Position numbers and translations under genes: made by a program | Assembly: GCA_943787795.1 (NCBI GenBank) | Contig: CALSNU010000001.1 | Location: 448,001 to 512,000, forward strand | Source of the DNA: an uncultured bacterium | GTDB lineage: Bacteria; Planctomycetota; UBA1135; GCA-002686595 | DNA length: 64,000 bases | Direction of reading: 5' to 3' | In this document: piece by piece, positions 38,699 to 48,936 of the stretch | Position numbering within the stretch: position 1 is the stretch's first letter | How the letters are laid out: the number at the start of each line of letters is the position of its first letter | The notes under the pieces: generated by a model | The model's input: only the letters and a program-made list of their open reading frames with translations | Told to the model about the DNA's origin: nothing | Database searches by the model: none

Positions 38699-39883
38699 AT
38701 GACCATGACCCATCCGGACATTGACTCTGCCGCCGTCGGGCTCGGCTTCGAGCTCGACGAGGAGCTCTCGATGGTGCGGGACTCCGCCCGAGACTTCGCG
38801 GACGGTGTCCTCGCGCCGCTGGCCACCAAGCACGACCGCGAGGAGACGATCTCCGACGAGGTCTACAAGCAGCTGGGTGAGCTGGGTTTCTGGGGGCTGA
38901 CGCTCCCCGAAGAGTTCGGCGGCGCCGACCTCGGCAACGTCGCGCTGGCGGTGGTGCTCGAGGAGCTCAACCGCGTCTGCGCATCAACCGGCGTCGCGGT
39001 CTCTGTTCACAACTCTCTGCTGTGCGCGCCGCTGATGAAGTTCGGCACCGACGAGCAGAAGGCGCACTGGCTGCCCAAGCTCGCTTCCGGTGAGGCCATT
39101 GGTGCCTACTCCCTGTCCGAGGCGGGGTCAGGCTCCGATGCGGCGGCTCTCTCCGCGACGGCGGAACGTGACGGCGATGATTGGATCCTCCGGGGTACCA
39201 AGCTCTGGGTGACCTCCGGCGATCGTGCCGGCCTCTTCCTCGTCTACGTGCGCACGAACCCGGACCTGCCCAAGGCGAAGGGGATCACCGCGTTCCTCAT
39301 GCCTGGTGACGCCCCCGGCCTGAAGATCGGCAAGCACGAGATGAAGACGGGCATCCGCGGCTCCGCCACGGTGGAGATCATCCTCGAGGACGTCCGACTC
39401 GGCCCGGAGTGCGTCCTCGGCGAGGTCGATCGCGGCTTCCCGATCGCGATGGACACCCTCGCGGGTGGGCGCATCGGTATCGCGAGCCAGGCCGTGGGCA
39501 TCGGTCAGGCCTGCCTCGACGCGTCGATCAAGTACGCCAAGGAACGCGAGCAGTTCGGCAAGCCGATCGGCTACTTCCAGGCGATCCAGCACAAGCTCGC
39601 GGATATGTCTGCGCGCCTCGAGGCCTCGCGCCTCCTCGTCCGCAAGGCCGCGTGGATGCGCGACCGCGGCATGGAGGTCAACCGTCAGTCCTCGGAGGCA
39701 AAGCTCCTGGCCTCACAGGCGGCCAACTACTGCGCTGACGAGGCCGTTCAGATCCACGGGGGCGCCGGTTACACGGACGACTTCCACGTGGAGCGGCTGT
39801 TCCGGGATGCCCGGATCACGGAGATCTACGAGGGCGCGACGGACATCCAGCGCCTCGTGATCGCTCGGGACCTGCTCAGCTGA
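38699..39883 (+). CDS. Acyl-CoA dehydrogenase
   Basis: LSEAGSGSDA, GTKLWVT, GRIGIASQAVG, REQFGKPI, QIHGGAG and IYEGATDIQR. Confidence 0.93.
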   Translation: MTMTHPDIDSAAVGLGFELDEELSMVRDSARDFADGVLAPLATKHDREETISDEVYKQLGELGFWGLTLPEEFGGADLGNVALAVVLEELNRVCASTGVAVSVHNSLLCAPLMKFGTDEQKAHWLPKLASGEAIGAYSLSEAGSGSDAAALSATAERDGDDWILRGTKLWVTSGDRAGLFLVYVRTNPDLPKAKGITAFLMPGDAPGLKIGKHEMKTGIRGSATVEIILEDVRLGPECVLGEVDRGFPIAMDTLAGGRIGIASQAVGIGQACLDASIKYAKEREQFGKPIGYFQAIQHKLADMSARLEASRLLVRKAAWMRDRGMEVNRQSSEAKLLASQAANYCADEAVQIHGGAGYTDDFHVERLFRDARITEIYEGATDIQRLVIARDLLS

Positions 39884-39992
39884 GCGCGCCGATCCCACCC
39901 TCACTCCCATCACACGCTCAAGGGCGCGCCGCGCCCCCGAATTCGCCCCGGACCTCGCTCGCCACGAGCCCGGACGCACACCGGACCAAGCC

Positions 39993-41219
39993 ATGACTGA
40001 CGTCGCCGCCTCCAAGGAGTCCCACGACCTGGGACACGCCGAGTACGAACTCCCCGCCATCCGTCACTCCTTCGACTTCACGGAGGAGCAGGAGATGGTC
40101 CGCGAGATGGTGGAGGACTTCGCGAGATCGGAGATCGCACCCATCGCCCACGACATCGACGAGAAGCACAGCTTCCCGCGGGAGAAGTGGGACCAGATCG
40201 TCGAGCTCGGACTCCCGGGGATTCCCTTCCCCGAGGACGTCGGCGGCTCGGATGGGGGCACGCTCGCCTACATCCTCGCCGTGGAGGAGCTCGCCAAGGT
40301 CTGCGGCTCGACCGCGCTCGGATACGCCGCGCACGTGAGCCTTGGCACCTATCCGATCTGGAAGTGGGGCGGCGCCGAGCTCCGTGAGCTGTACGTGCCG
40401 AAGCTCATCTCCGGGGAGTACATGGGCGCCTACGGGCTCACCGAGCCTGGGGCGGGCTCCGACTCGGGAGGGACCGCGACGACCGCGGAGCTGGTGGGGG
40501 ACGAGTACGTCCTCAACGGGCGGAAGTGCTTCATCACCAACGCGAACCACGCCGGGGTGTTCATCGTCACGGCCGTGACCGACCGCTCGCTCGGGTCCAA
40601 GGGGATCTCCGCGTTCGTGGTCCCGCGAGACATCGAGGGCTTCACCCTCGAGCCGGGTGAGACGAAGCTCGGGATGCGCGGCTCGGATTGGGCCAGCCTG
40701 GTCTTCCAGGATGCACGGATCCCCCGCTCGCACCTGCTCGGGCCCGCTGGCGAGGGCTTCTCGACCTTCATGAAGACCCTGGAGGGGGGCCGTATCTCCA
40801 TCGGCGCGCTCTCCCTTGGCCTCGCCGAGGGAGCCTTCGAGTGCGCCACGAAGTACGCCATGGAGCGCGAGGCCTTCGGGGGCTCGCTCGCGGACCAGCA
40901 GGCCGTCCAGTTCAAGCTCGCCGACATGCGGGTGCAGATCGAGGCCGCGCGCCACCTCGTGTATCACTCCGCCCGACTCAAGGACTCGGGTCAGAGCTAC
41001 GGGACAGAGGCGTCCATCGGGAAGCTGTATGCGTCCGAGATCGCCATGAAGTGCACCTACGAAGCGATCCAGATCTACGGCGGCTACGGCTACAGCCGGG
41101 AGTACCCGGTGGAGCGCATGTGGCGCGACGCGAAGCTCTGCACGATCGGCGAGGGCACCAGTGAGATCCAGCGCCTGATCATCGGACGTGCGGTGCTCAA
41201 GGCTGCTCGCTCCCTCTGA
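39993..41219 (+). CDS. Acyl-CoA dehydrogenase
   Basis: LTEPGAGSD, NGRKCFITN, GRISIGA and IGEGTSEIQR. Confidence 0.93.
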   Translation: MTDVAASKESHDLGHAEYELPAIRHSFDFTEEQEMVREMVEDFARSEIAPIAHDIDEKHSFPREKWDQIVELGLPGIPFPEDVGGSDGGTLAYILAVEELAKVCGSTALGYAAHVSLGTYPIWKWGGAELRELYVPKLISGEYMGAYGLTEPGAGSDSGGTATTAELVGDEYVLNGRKCFITNANHAGVFIVTAVTDRSLGSKGISAFVVPRDIEGFTLEPGETKLGMRGSDWASLVFQDARIPRSHLLGPAGEGFSTFMKTLEGGRISIGALSLGLAEGAFECATKYAMEREAFGGSLADQQAVQFKLADMRVQIEAARHLVYHSARLKDSGQSYGTEASIGKLYASEIAMKCTYEAIQIYGGYGYSREYPVERMWRDAKLCTIGEGTSEIQRLIIGRAVLKAARSL

Positions 41220-41227
41220 GCGAGCCA

Positions 41228-41265
41228 CCCTGCGCTTCAGGCTCAACCCCGCGCTTCAGGCTCAA
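41228..41265. repeat. 19-bp direct tandem repeat (CCC[T/C]GCGCTTCAGGCTCAA x2)
   Basis: Read directly in the intergenic gap just before the ATG at 41268. Confidence 0.85.
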
Positions 41266-41267
41266 TA

Positions 41268-42188
41268 ATGTCGAACCCTGCCCCGAGTCAAGGTCCGCAG
41301 GCGAGCGCGTGGTCTCCAGTCTCCCTCGATGTGGGGGAGTGGAAGATCACCGCGCTCTTTGACGCCAACTTCCGTCTCGACGGTGGGGCCATGTGGGGGG
41401 TGGTGCCCAAGAACCTCTGGGCACGGCTCACACCGCCGGCCGAGGACAACACCATCCGGCTTGCGGCGCGCCCGTTCCTCGCCGAGAAGGACGGGGTCAA
41501 GGTGATCGTCGAGGGCGGCATGGGGGACCGGTGGGACGACAAGTTCCGCAAGATCTACGGGCTCGATCGGCCGGAGGCGACCACGCTCAGGGCCACGCTT
41601 GCCGCGGTGGACGTGGGGCCCGAGGACATCGATCACGTGGTGGTCTCCCACTGCCACTTCGACCACATCGGAGCCCTCGTCGAGCTGCAGGGTGGGTCGC
41701 TGGAGCCGCTGTTCCCGCGCGCCAGGCACCACTTTCCCACGGCCGAGGTCGGCGCGGCGCGGGTCCCCATGCACCCCCGGCGGGCCAGCTACCGCGCGGA
41801 CGACATCGACCCCCTCGTGGAGCGAGGGCTGGTGGAGATGCATGAGGGGAGTCACCGCCTCTTCGACGATCTCGAGCTGGTCGAGGTCTGCGGGCACTCC
41901 GAGGGCATGGTCGTGGTCCGGTTCAACGCTCACGGAGACGGACCCTCCGCGGCGTTCTGGGGGGACCTGATTCCCACCACCCATCACATCCAGCCGCCCT
42001 ACATCATGGCGTACGACATGGACGTGTCTCGCTCGTTCTCGATGCGCACCGAGTGGCTCGCCAGGGCGGCTGACGAGGGGATTGTGGGGCTGTCTTATCA
42101 CGACCCGGACCGGGCGTTCACTCGTCTCGAGAGGGACGGTAAGCGCTACGTGGCGGTGGACGTCCCTGAGCTTGGCGCCCGCGACTGA
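41268..42188 (+). CDS. MBL-fold metallo-hydrolase (YtnP/lactonase-like)
   Basis: FRLDGGAMWGVVPK, SHCHFDHIG, GHSEG, GDLIPT, MAYD and YHDP. Confidence 0.88.
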   Translation: MSNPAPSQGPQASAWSPVSLDVGEWKITALFDANFRLDGGAMWGVVPKNLWARLTPPAEDNTIRLAARPFLAEKDGVKVIVEGGMGDRWDDKFRKIYGLDRPEATTLRATLAAVDVGPEDIDHVVVSHCHFDHIGALVELQGGSLEPLFPRARHHFPTAEVGAARVPMHPRRASYRADDIDPLVERGLVEMHEGSHRLFDDLELVEVCGHSEGMVVVRFNAHGDGPSAAFWGDLIPTTHHIQPPYIMAYDMDVSRSFSMRTEWLARAADEGIVGLSYHDPDRAFTRLERDGKRYVAVDVPELGARD

Positions 42189-42192
42189 GGGG

Positions 42193-42936
42193 ATGCGTCT
42201 GGTCTCGCTCTGTCCGAGTCTGACCGAGACGCTCTTCGAGATCGGGGCCGGGGCCTCCGTGATCGGGGCGACGAAGTTCTGCGTGGAGCCGCGCTCCATG
42301 CCGGGCGTGGTGCGGATCGGCGGGACGAAAGACCCGAGCGTCGAGCGGATCCTCGAGCTCGAGCCGACCCTCGTCTTTGCGAACCGAGAGGAGAATCGGC
42401 TCGAGGACGTCATGGCCCTGGAGGCTGCCGGGGTGACCGTCCACGCCTCGATGCCGCGTCGAGTCGCGGAGGTGCCGGCGTTGATCCGAGATGTGGGGGA
42501 GGCGGCCGCGTGCGAGGGGCGCGCCGAGAGGGTGGCCGCGGAGGTCGAGCGCGCCCTCGACGAGGCGCGAGCTTCGGCGTGCGAGGCCGAGCCTCGGCGC
42601 TTTGCGGTCCTCGTCTGGCGGCGGCCTTGGATTGCGGCATCGTCGGACACTTTTCTGTCCAATTTGCTGGAGGAGGCGGGCGGTGTGAACGTGCTCGATG
42701 CGGCCGCAGGCCGCTATCCAGAGGTCACCATGGGGGAAGTTGCAAGGTTGGATCCGAACCTGATCTTGCTGCCGAGCGAGCCCTTCCCCTTCGCGCGAAA
42801 GCACGTTGATGAACTTGCAGCCGCGACTCGCGGCAATCCGCTGCGCTTCTTACTCTGCGACGGGCAACTCCTCACCTGGCATGGGTCGAGGACCGCCCAG
42901 GGCCTCCGCGCCGCGCGGCGCTGGCTCGCCCGTTGA
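42193..42936 (+). CDS. Helical-backbone metal receptor (BtuF-like cobalamin/iron binding protein)
   Basis: RLVSLCPSLTETL, GATKFCVEP, GGTKDP, ANREEN, LPSEPFPF and DGQLLTWHG. Confidence 0.82.
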   Translation: MRLVSLCPSLTETLFEIGAGASVIGATKFCVEPRSMPGVVRIGGTKDPSVERILELEPTLVFANREENRLEDVMALEAAGVTVHASMPRRVAEVPALIRDVGEAAACEGRAERVAAEVERALDEARASACEAEPRRFAVLVWRRPWIAASSDTFLSNLLEEAGGVNVLDAAAGRYPEVTMGEVARLDPNLILLPSEPFPFARKHVDELAAATRGNPLRFLLCDGQLLTWHGSRTAQGLRAARRWLAR

Positions 42937-42996
42937 TCCCCCACTTCCCCCTTCATTGACTCACCGGACCCGCGCACAGCCGCGGGCAAGACCGCA

Positions 42997-43782
42997 ATGC
43001 TCGTCCTCCCCCTTGTGCTCGGCTCGGCGCTCGGCGCCGCGACCGCCCTCACTCCCCCCGCCGCTCCGGCGCCCAACGCCTTCATCCTGGCCTCGGCGGC
43101 CTCGCTGCAAGATGAGGTCGCTCCCGAGGACCTCGGCGTCTGGCGCGGTGGGCTCGACGTTGGTCTGACCAAGAGTGAGGGCAACGCCAACAACTCCTCC
43201 TACGCCATCACCGGCAAGGCAGTCCGTGAGATGGGCACCCATCGGTACACGGCAGAGGGGCTCTGGTACTACGCCACCCAGGACGACGCGCGCACCCAGC
43301 GCCGCGCCCTCGGTACGCTGAAGTACGACAAGTTCATCGCCGAGAAGACCTACGTCTACGTCAACGGCCTCGCCGAGACGAACGAGCAGGCGGGGGTCGA
43401 CCTTCGTTGGACGATCGGCGCCGGCCTCGGTGAACAGTGGCGCGACGACGACCAGTGGCGGATCAGCACGGAGCTCGGCGCCGGCTGGTTTGACGAGCGG
43501 TACGAAGACGGCGTCGAAGAGGACTTCCTGGTGATTCGCGGCGCCTGGGATGTGTCGGCGGCGATCAGCGAGACCCTCACCTTCGGGACGGCCGGAGAGG
43601 TCTTCCCGAGCCTCGACGACAAGGACGACATCTACGGTGTCGCGACGACGGACTTCGCGGCGGTGCTGTCCGAGTCGATGGTCGCCAAGCTCCAGTGGGT
43701 CCTGACCTACGACAACACTCCGCAGCCGGGTAACAAGCGCTCGGACAACATCTACCTGCTGACCGTGGGTTGGAAGTTCTGA
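42997..43782 (+). CDS. DUF481-family outer-membrane beta-barrel protein
   Basis: Signal peptide, W.GGLDVGL...GN, YDNTP.PG.K.SD and C-terminal LTVGWKF. Confidence 0.82.
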   Translation: MLVLPLVLGSALGAATALTPPAAPAPNAFILASAASLQDEVAPEDLGVWRGGLDVGLTKSEGNANNSSYAITGKAVREMGTHRYTAEGLWYYATQDDARTQRRALGTLKYDKFIAEKTYVYVNGLAETNEQAGVDLRWTIGAGLGEQWRDDDQWRISTELGAGWFDERYEDGVEEDFLVIRGAWDVSAAISETLTFGTAGEVFPSLDDKDDIYGVATTDFAAVLSESMVAKLQWVLTYDNTPQPGNKRSDNIYLLTVGWKF

Positions 43783-43808
43783 TCGAGCTGGGACTCCCCT
43801 CGAAGGAT

Positions 43809-43844
43809 CGGAGGCCGGTCGCGCTCGTGCGCGACCGGCCTCCG
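43809..43844. terminator. GC-rich hairpin between convergent genes (probable terminator)
   Basis: CGGAGGCCGGTCGCGC-TCGT-GCGCGACCGGCCTCCG perfect 16-bp stem. Weak U-tract. Confidence 0.65.
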
Positions 43845-43917
43845 GTTCATTCCGCTCTCCTCCGATCAGCCCTTAAGAGGACCGCCGCAGCCGCGGCGCG
43901 GTTGCCCGAGACGCCCT

Positions 43918-44865
43918 CTAGAGCCCCTCAGGCATCTGGAAGACCACCGTCTCCCGCTCGCCGTCGAGTTCCCGGGTGCCCTTGACCCCGAGCTCGCCGA
44001 GGCGGTCGAGGATCAGCTGCACGAGCTCTTCGGGGGCCGACGCACCTGCGGTGACGCCCACGGTCGTGGCGCCCTCAACCCACTCCTCCTGGACCTGCTC
44101 GGGGTGGTCGACCAGGTAGGCCGGGAGGCCCCCGCGCTCGCCGAGCTCGCGCAGTCGGTTGGAGTTGGAGGAGTTCTCCGAGCCAACGACGATCAGGACG
44201 TCCACGTCTCCGATCATGTCCTTCACCGCGGTCTGGCGGTTCTGGGTGGCGTAGCAGATGTCCTTCAGGGCGGGTCCCTGGATCGACGGGAAGCGGCTGA
44301 GGAGCGCGTCGATCACGTCCCGCGTGTCATCCACGGAGAGCGTCGTTTGGGTGACGTAGGCGAGGTGGTCGGGGTCCTCGATCTCCAGCGCTGCGACCTC
44401 CTCTGGCGTCGAGAGGACGTGCACCTTGCCCTTGATCCGGCCGCGGGTTCCCTCCACCTCCGGGTGGCCTGGGTGCCCGACCAGGATCACCTCGCGCCCC
44501 TGATCTTCGTAGCGGATCGCCTGTCGGTGAACCTTGGTGACCAGGGGGCACGTCGCGTCGATCACCTCCAGCTTGCGGCCCTCCGCGGCGCCGACCACGG
44601 CGTCCGAGACTCCGTGGGCGCTGAACACCGTGACGGACCCTTCCGGGACCTCATCAAGGGAGGCGACGAAGCGCGCTCCGAGCGACCTCAGCCGCTCGAG
44701 CACATGCTTGTTGTGCACGATCTCGTGCAGGACGAACACGGGCGCGCCGTGGACCTCCAGGGCCCGCTCCACGATCTGGATCGCGCGGTCGACGCCCGCG
44801 CAGAAGCCGCGGGGGTTGGCGAGGACCACCTCCTCGCCTCCGGTGGCGGGGATGTCCTGGCCCAT
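43918..44865 (-). CDS. ispH: 4-hydroxy-3-methylbut-2-enyl diphosphate reductase
   Basis: PRGFCAGVDRAI, IVHN, FSAHGV, DATCPLVTKVH, QTTLS, ICYATQNRQ, SSNSNRL and TAGASAP. Confidence 0.96.
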   Translation of the reverse strand: MGQDIPATGGEEVVLANPRGFCAGVDRAIQIVERALEVHGAPVFVLHEIVHNKHVLERLRSLGARFVASLDEVPEGSVTVFSAHGVSDAVVGAAEGRKLEVIDATCPLVTKVHRQAIRYEDQGREVILVGHPGHPEVEGTRGRIKGKVHVLSTPEEVAALEIEDPDHLAYVTQTTLSVDDTRDVIDALLSRFPSIQGPALKDICYATQNRQTAVKDMIGDVDVLIVVGSENSSNSNRLRELGERGGLPAYLVDHPEQVQEEWVEGATTVGVTAGASAPEELVQLILDRLGELGVKGTRELDGERETVVFQMPEGL

Positions 44866-45272
44866 CAGTGGCTCTCTCGGGCGTGGTTGCGGTTCCAGCC
44901 AGGGATCTCCACGACCACGTCGGTCTCTCCGTTGGGGACCGCCTGGCACGCCAGCCTCGAGCTGAGCTCGACGCCCGGAGCCTCATCGAGCATGTCCTCC
45001 TCAGACTCCGAGGCCTCGGGGATCGAATCCACCCCGGCACGGATGATGACGTGGCAGGTCGAGCACGCGCAGACTCCGCCGCATGCGTGGTCGATCTCGA
45101 TGCCGTGGCCATCCGCGATGTCGAGGATTGAGCCCGGACGCCCCTCCCTGGAGAGGGGGAGCTTCGCGGGGTCCACCGAGACCTTCTTGCCCATGGGCAT
45201 GAAGGTGACGGAGTAGCTCTTTTCGGGGAGCGAGGTTTCGACCTGCTCCTGGTAGGGGTTGATGCCGCCCAT
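44865..45272 (-). CDS. fdx: 2Fe-2S ferredoxin (adrenodoxin/ISC type)
   Basis: HACGGVCACSTCHV and SRLACQ. Confidence 0.92.
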   Translation of the reverse strand: MGGINPYQEQVETSLPEKSYSVTFMPMGKKVSVDPAKLPLSREGRPGSILDIADGHGIEIDHACGGVCACSTCHVIIRAGVDSIPEASESEEDMLDEAPGVELSSRLACQAVPNGETDVVVEIPGWNRNHARESH

Positions 45273-45328
45273 GTCCTGGATGGGGCAGCCCGGTCAGGGC
45301 TGCCCGCGCTCTCGTTTCTTCGTCGGGG

Positions 45329-47572
45329 TCAGATGCCTGCGCCAAAGCCCCCGCTCGGGGTGCTCTTCGGCTCGGGGTCAGGCTTGGGTTGTGTCTTGGG
45401 TCGACGATCGTCTCCCCTGGCGCCGCTCTTGGGACGACCTTCGGCCTCTTTCTCGGGGGAATCTGAGCCTCCCTTGCGGCCGCTGCTGCGGCGCCGGCGA
45501 GGCTGGCGTTCCCCGTCGCCGTCGTCCTTGGTCCTGGCCTCCTCGGCCAGGCCGAGTCCGAACCCGGACCCGCTGGGTGCGGGCTTGGCGGGCGCGGGCT
45601 CGCTGGGAGCGGCCTTGGGGCGCGCGTCCCCATCGGAATCGGGCCTCCGCGCGGAGGCGCGCCTGGGCTTCGTGGGGGCGGAGTCCCGCTCCTCGGATCG
45701 CTCCTCGCGGGGTGAGCGGTCGTCGCGATCCCGGCGGCGCCGGCCACGCCGGGGTCGGTCGTCACCGTCGGAACTCGCGCTCGAGGCCCTGGGGGCGTCC
45801 TGCTCGATCTCGCGGCCCCTCTCTTGGCTGCGCTCCTCGCGAGCATTCTGGGTCGACTCATGGGTCGACTCATGGGTCGACTCCTCGGACCGCTCTCGGC
45901 GGCGACGACGGGGCCGCCGGGGCTTGTCATCCTCTGCGCGGTCACCCTCTGCGCGGGCACCCTCTGCGCGGGCACCCTCGGGTCGGCTCTGTCGGGGCCG
46001 GTCCTGGTCGGATCGCCCGCTGTCAGCTGGATTGCGCTCAGTTCGCCGGCCGTCAGATCGCCGGCCGTCAGACCGACTGCCTTCAGACCGATCCCGCTCG
46101 GATCGGTCACGATCCGCGGGCGCCTCATGGGCCTCCTCCGACTCCTTCGGGCGCCGCTCGCCCCGTCCGCTGTCGCGGCCCCGTCGGCGGCGCGGCCGCT
46201 CCTGGGTCTCCGCGGGGGCGTCCGTCGATTCGGGCTCCTCGACCTCGGTTGAGGCCTCCTCTCCCTTGGCCGCGTCGCGGAGGCGCCGCTGCTCGATGGA
46301 GTAGAGCTCCCGGGGGCGCTTCAGCTCGGTCAGGTCGAAGCCGGACTGGCGCTGGAGGTTGTCCCAGTCTCGCTCGTTGCGTCGCGAGACAAAGGTCACC
46401 GCCACGCCGTGCGCGCCTGCCCGGCCCGTGCGGCCGATCCGGTGGGTGTAATCCGAGACGTCGCGGGGGACGCCGAGGTTGACCACGTGGGTGACGTGCT
46501 TCACGTCGAGCCCGCGGGAGGCCACGTCCGTGGCCACGAGGCACTTGACCTCGCCGGTCCGGAACGCACCCATCACCCGGAAGCGGGCCGCCTGGTCGTA
46601 GCCGCCGTGGAGCGCCTTGACGGAGAACCTGCGGCGTTCGAGCTTGCGCATGAGCTGGTCCACGTCGGTCCTGCGCTCGCAGAACACCAGGAAGACGTCG
46701 TCCTCCGCAGAGTCCTCGATGAGGTGCCCGAGTTCGCGGGCGCGATCCTCTTCGCCGCAGCGCAGGAAGTACTGGTTGATGTTGTCCACGGTGGACACGC
46801 CACTCGCGGTCGCAATCTCCACGGGGTCGGTGGTGTATCCACGCGCCAGCTCCAGCAGCGGCGTCGGGAACGTCGCAGAGAACAGCAGCGTTTGCCGGTA
46901 CTCGTTGCAGGCGTCGAGGATCTTCTTCACGTCGTCGATGAAGCCGATCTCGAGCATCTTGTCCGCCTCGTCGAGGATGGCGAACTCGGTCCAGGGGAAC
47001 TGCAGGAAGCGTTGGTTCAAGAGGTCGAGCACGCGACCCGGCGTCCCGACCACCACCTGAGCGCCGGCCTGGAGCGCGCGGACCTGGGGGCCCATCTGCT
47101 CGCCGCCGACGATCAGCGTGGTCTTGATACCGCTCGCGGCGCCGAGCTCCTTGAGCACGTCGTGCACCTGCTCGGCGAGCTCCCGGGTGGGGGAGAGCAC
47201 GAGCCCGAGGACCGTCGAGCGGCTCGGGTCGATCTTGGACATCATCGGGGCGCCGAAGGCCAGGGTCTTGCCTGTGCCGGTCTCGGCCTTGGCGATGACG
47301 TCCTTGCCCTGCATGACGGGCTCGATGGCCAGGGCCTGGATCGGCGTGGGCTTGGTGATGCCCATCCCCTTGATCGCGCTCTGGATGTTCTCCGCGAGGC
47401 TGAACTCCTCGAACGACTCGATGTCGGGCGGCTCGAGGGTCGGGGTGAGGGGGGTGATGTTCTTGTTCGTCTTGGGGGCCGCATCACGGCCCGAGCTACG
47501 GCGGGGGGTCGATCCCCTGCGGCCGGAGCGTCGCGAGCGGCTCTGTCCGCCCGCGCGTCGTTGATCAGTCAT
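45329..47572 (-). CDS. DEAD-box RNA helicase with long Arg/Glu/Asp/Ser-rich C-terminal tail
   Basis: PTPIQ, AETGTGKT, PTRELA, GTPGR, DEAD, SAT, SRGLD and HRIGRTGR. Confidence 0.95.
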   Translation of the reverse strand: MTDQRRAGGQSRSRRSGRRGSTPRRSSGRDAAPKTNKNITPLTPTLEPPDIESFEEFSLAENIQSAIKGMGITKPTPIQALAIEPVMQGKDVIAKAETGTGKTLAFGAPMMSKIDPSRSTVLGLVLSPTRELAEQVHDVLKELGAASGIKTTLIVGGEQMGPQVRALQAGAQVVVGTPGRVLDLLNQRFLQFPWTEFAILDEADKMLEIGFIDDVKKILDACNEYRQTLLFSATFPTPLLELARGYTTDPVEIATASGVSTVDNINQYFLRCGEEDRARELGHLIEDSAEDDVFLVFCERRTDVDQLMRKLERRRFSVKALHGGYDQAARFRVMGAFRTGEVKCLVATDVASRGLDVKHVTHVVNLGVPRDVSDYTHRIGRTGRAGAHGVAVTFVSRRNERDWDNLQRQSGFDLTELKRPRELYSIEQRRLRDAAKGEEASTEVEEPESTDAPAETQERPRRRRGRDSGRGERRPKESEEAHEAPADRDRSERDRSEGSRSDGRRSDGRRTERNPADSGRSDQDRPRQSRPEGARAEGARAEGDRAEDDKPRRPRRRRRERSEESTHESTHESTQNAREERSQERGREIEQDAPRASSASSDGDDRPRRGRRRRDRDDRSPREERSEERDSAPTKPRRASARRPDSDGDARPKAAPSEPAPAKPAPSGSGFGLGLAEEARTKDDGDGERQPRRRRSSGRKGGSDSPEKEAEGRPKSGARGDDRRPKTQPKPDPEPKSTPSGGFGAGI
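45849..45979. repeat. Two in-frame tandem repeats in the helicase tail (12 bp x3 ESTH; 15 bp x3 EGARA)
   Basis: TGGGTCGACTCA x3 at 45849-45884 and CCTCTGCGCGGGCAC x3 at 45931-45975. Confidence 0.85.
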
Positions 47573-48171
47573 TCGTTGGTTGTCGATTGGAGTCCCGCGT
47601 CGGCGGGTGGGCAGTTGAATCCCGCGGGCATGTTTCGCCCCGGGCTGCCCGGCGTCGCTCTGTCTTCAGGACGGGTGTCGTCCCGGCGCGTATTGAGGGA
47701 GGGCCGCTTTGGGTTCGCAGGGCCATCCTTGTCAGCCGCAGAAGTGCGGTGGGGTTGCATCGTCGACGGTTTCGTTCTCGTCCCGTCGAGGGCCGCTCGC
47801 GCCGGAGCTACGCCATTGTTGGTGGGGAGGGTAAGCCCTTGTTGGCTCCCAGCCCTCCCTCGGCATCGAGATTCTCGCCCGATTCCTTGAGCGATACTGC
47901 GTCTAGCGGGCCTCCAGCGGCGTCCGAGCCGACCCGCCTCACGAACCTACGGCTGAGCGCGGCGCCGCCCGATTCGGGCGCTCCCCGGGCCTCCGAGATC
48001 TCACGGGCGGGGGGTAGACTCCGGGCGGGTCCAGGCTCGCGCCCCGTCCCTGGCCGCACCCCCTACCTGCCCGCGCCCCATACATGCCCGTGACCCGTCG
48101 TCCCCCGCGCTTGGGGCCGGGGATGCCGGCCCCTCACCCGTCAATGGCCCCCTGCTCTCAGGAGACCCCCC

Positions 48172-48936
48172 TTGGACATCGTCAGCTGGAACGTCAACTC
48201 TCTCCGGGCCCGCATGCCCCGCGTGCTCGAGTTCCTCGAGCGGGCTGACCCGGACGTGGTCTGCCTCCAGGAGACCAAGGTCGTGGACGAGCTCTTCCCC
48301 CGGGAGACGCTGGAGGAGGCGGGCTACCACGTCGCCTTCCACGGTCAGAAGACCTACAACGGCGTCGCGATCCTCTCGAAGACGCCCATCGAGCAGGTGG
48401 TGATGGGCATCCCTGGTACGGATCACCCCGAGGCCAGGGTCATCGCGGCGGTGGTGGAGGACGTCATGCTCCTCGACCTGTACGTCGTGAACGGCAAGGA
48501 GGTCGGCTGTGACAAGTACGACTACAAGCTCAAGTGGATGAAGGACGTGGCCGCTTACGTGAGGGAGCAGTTCCCCATGGATGAGCGCGTGGTCGTGACG
48601 GGCGACTTCAACGTGACCTTCGATGACCGGGACGTGTACGACCCGGAGAAGTGGCGCGACCGGATCCTCTGCAGCGTGCCCGAACGTGAGGCCCTGGCGG
48701 AGATCATGGCTCCCGGGCTCGAGGACGCCCTTCGCAAGCACAACGATGAGGCCGGGGTCTACACCTGGTGGGACTTTCGCACCTTTGGCTTCAAGCGCGG
48801 GAACGGGCTCCGGATCGACCACTTCCTCCTCTCGCCACCCGCCTACGAGGCCTGCACGGGAGTGGAGGTCGACCTCGAGGCACGGGGGGGGGAGAAGCCC
48901 AGCGATCACGCGCCCGTGATTTGCACGATCTCATGA
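48172..48936 (+). CDS. xth: Exodeoxyribonuclease III / AP endonuclease
   Basis: SWNVNS, LQETK, YNGVAI, GDFNV, YTWWDFR, GLRIDH and SDHAP. TTG start with GGAG upstream. Confidence 0.95.
   Translation: MDIVSWNVNSLRARMPRVLEFLERADPDVVCLQETKVVDELFPRETLEEAGYHVAFHGQKTYNGVAILSKTPIEQVVMGIPGTDHPEARVIAAVVEDVMLLDLYVVNGKEVGCDKYDYKLKWMKDVAAYVREQFPMDERVVVTGDFNVTFDDRDVYDPEKWRDRILCSVPEREALAEIMAPGLEDALRKHNDEAGVYTWWDFRTFGFKRGNGLRIDHFLLSPPAYEACTGVEVDLEARGGEKPSDHAPVICTIS

Noticed and set aside
47569..47760. 63-aa ORF ending in an ATGA overlap with the DEAD-box helicase start (possible leader peptide)
   Set aside because: ATG followed by A always creates this TGA. The peptide shows no coding bias or recognisable motif.
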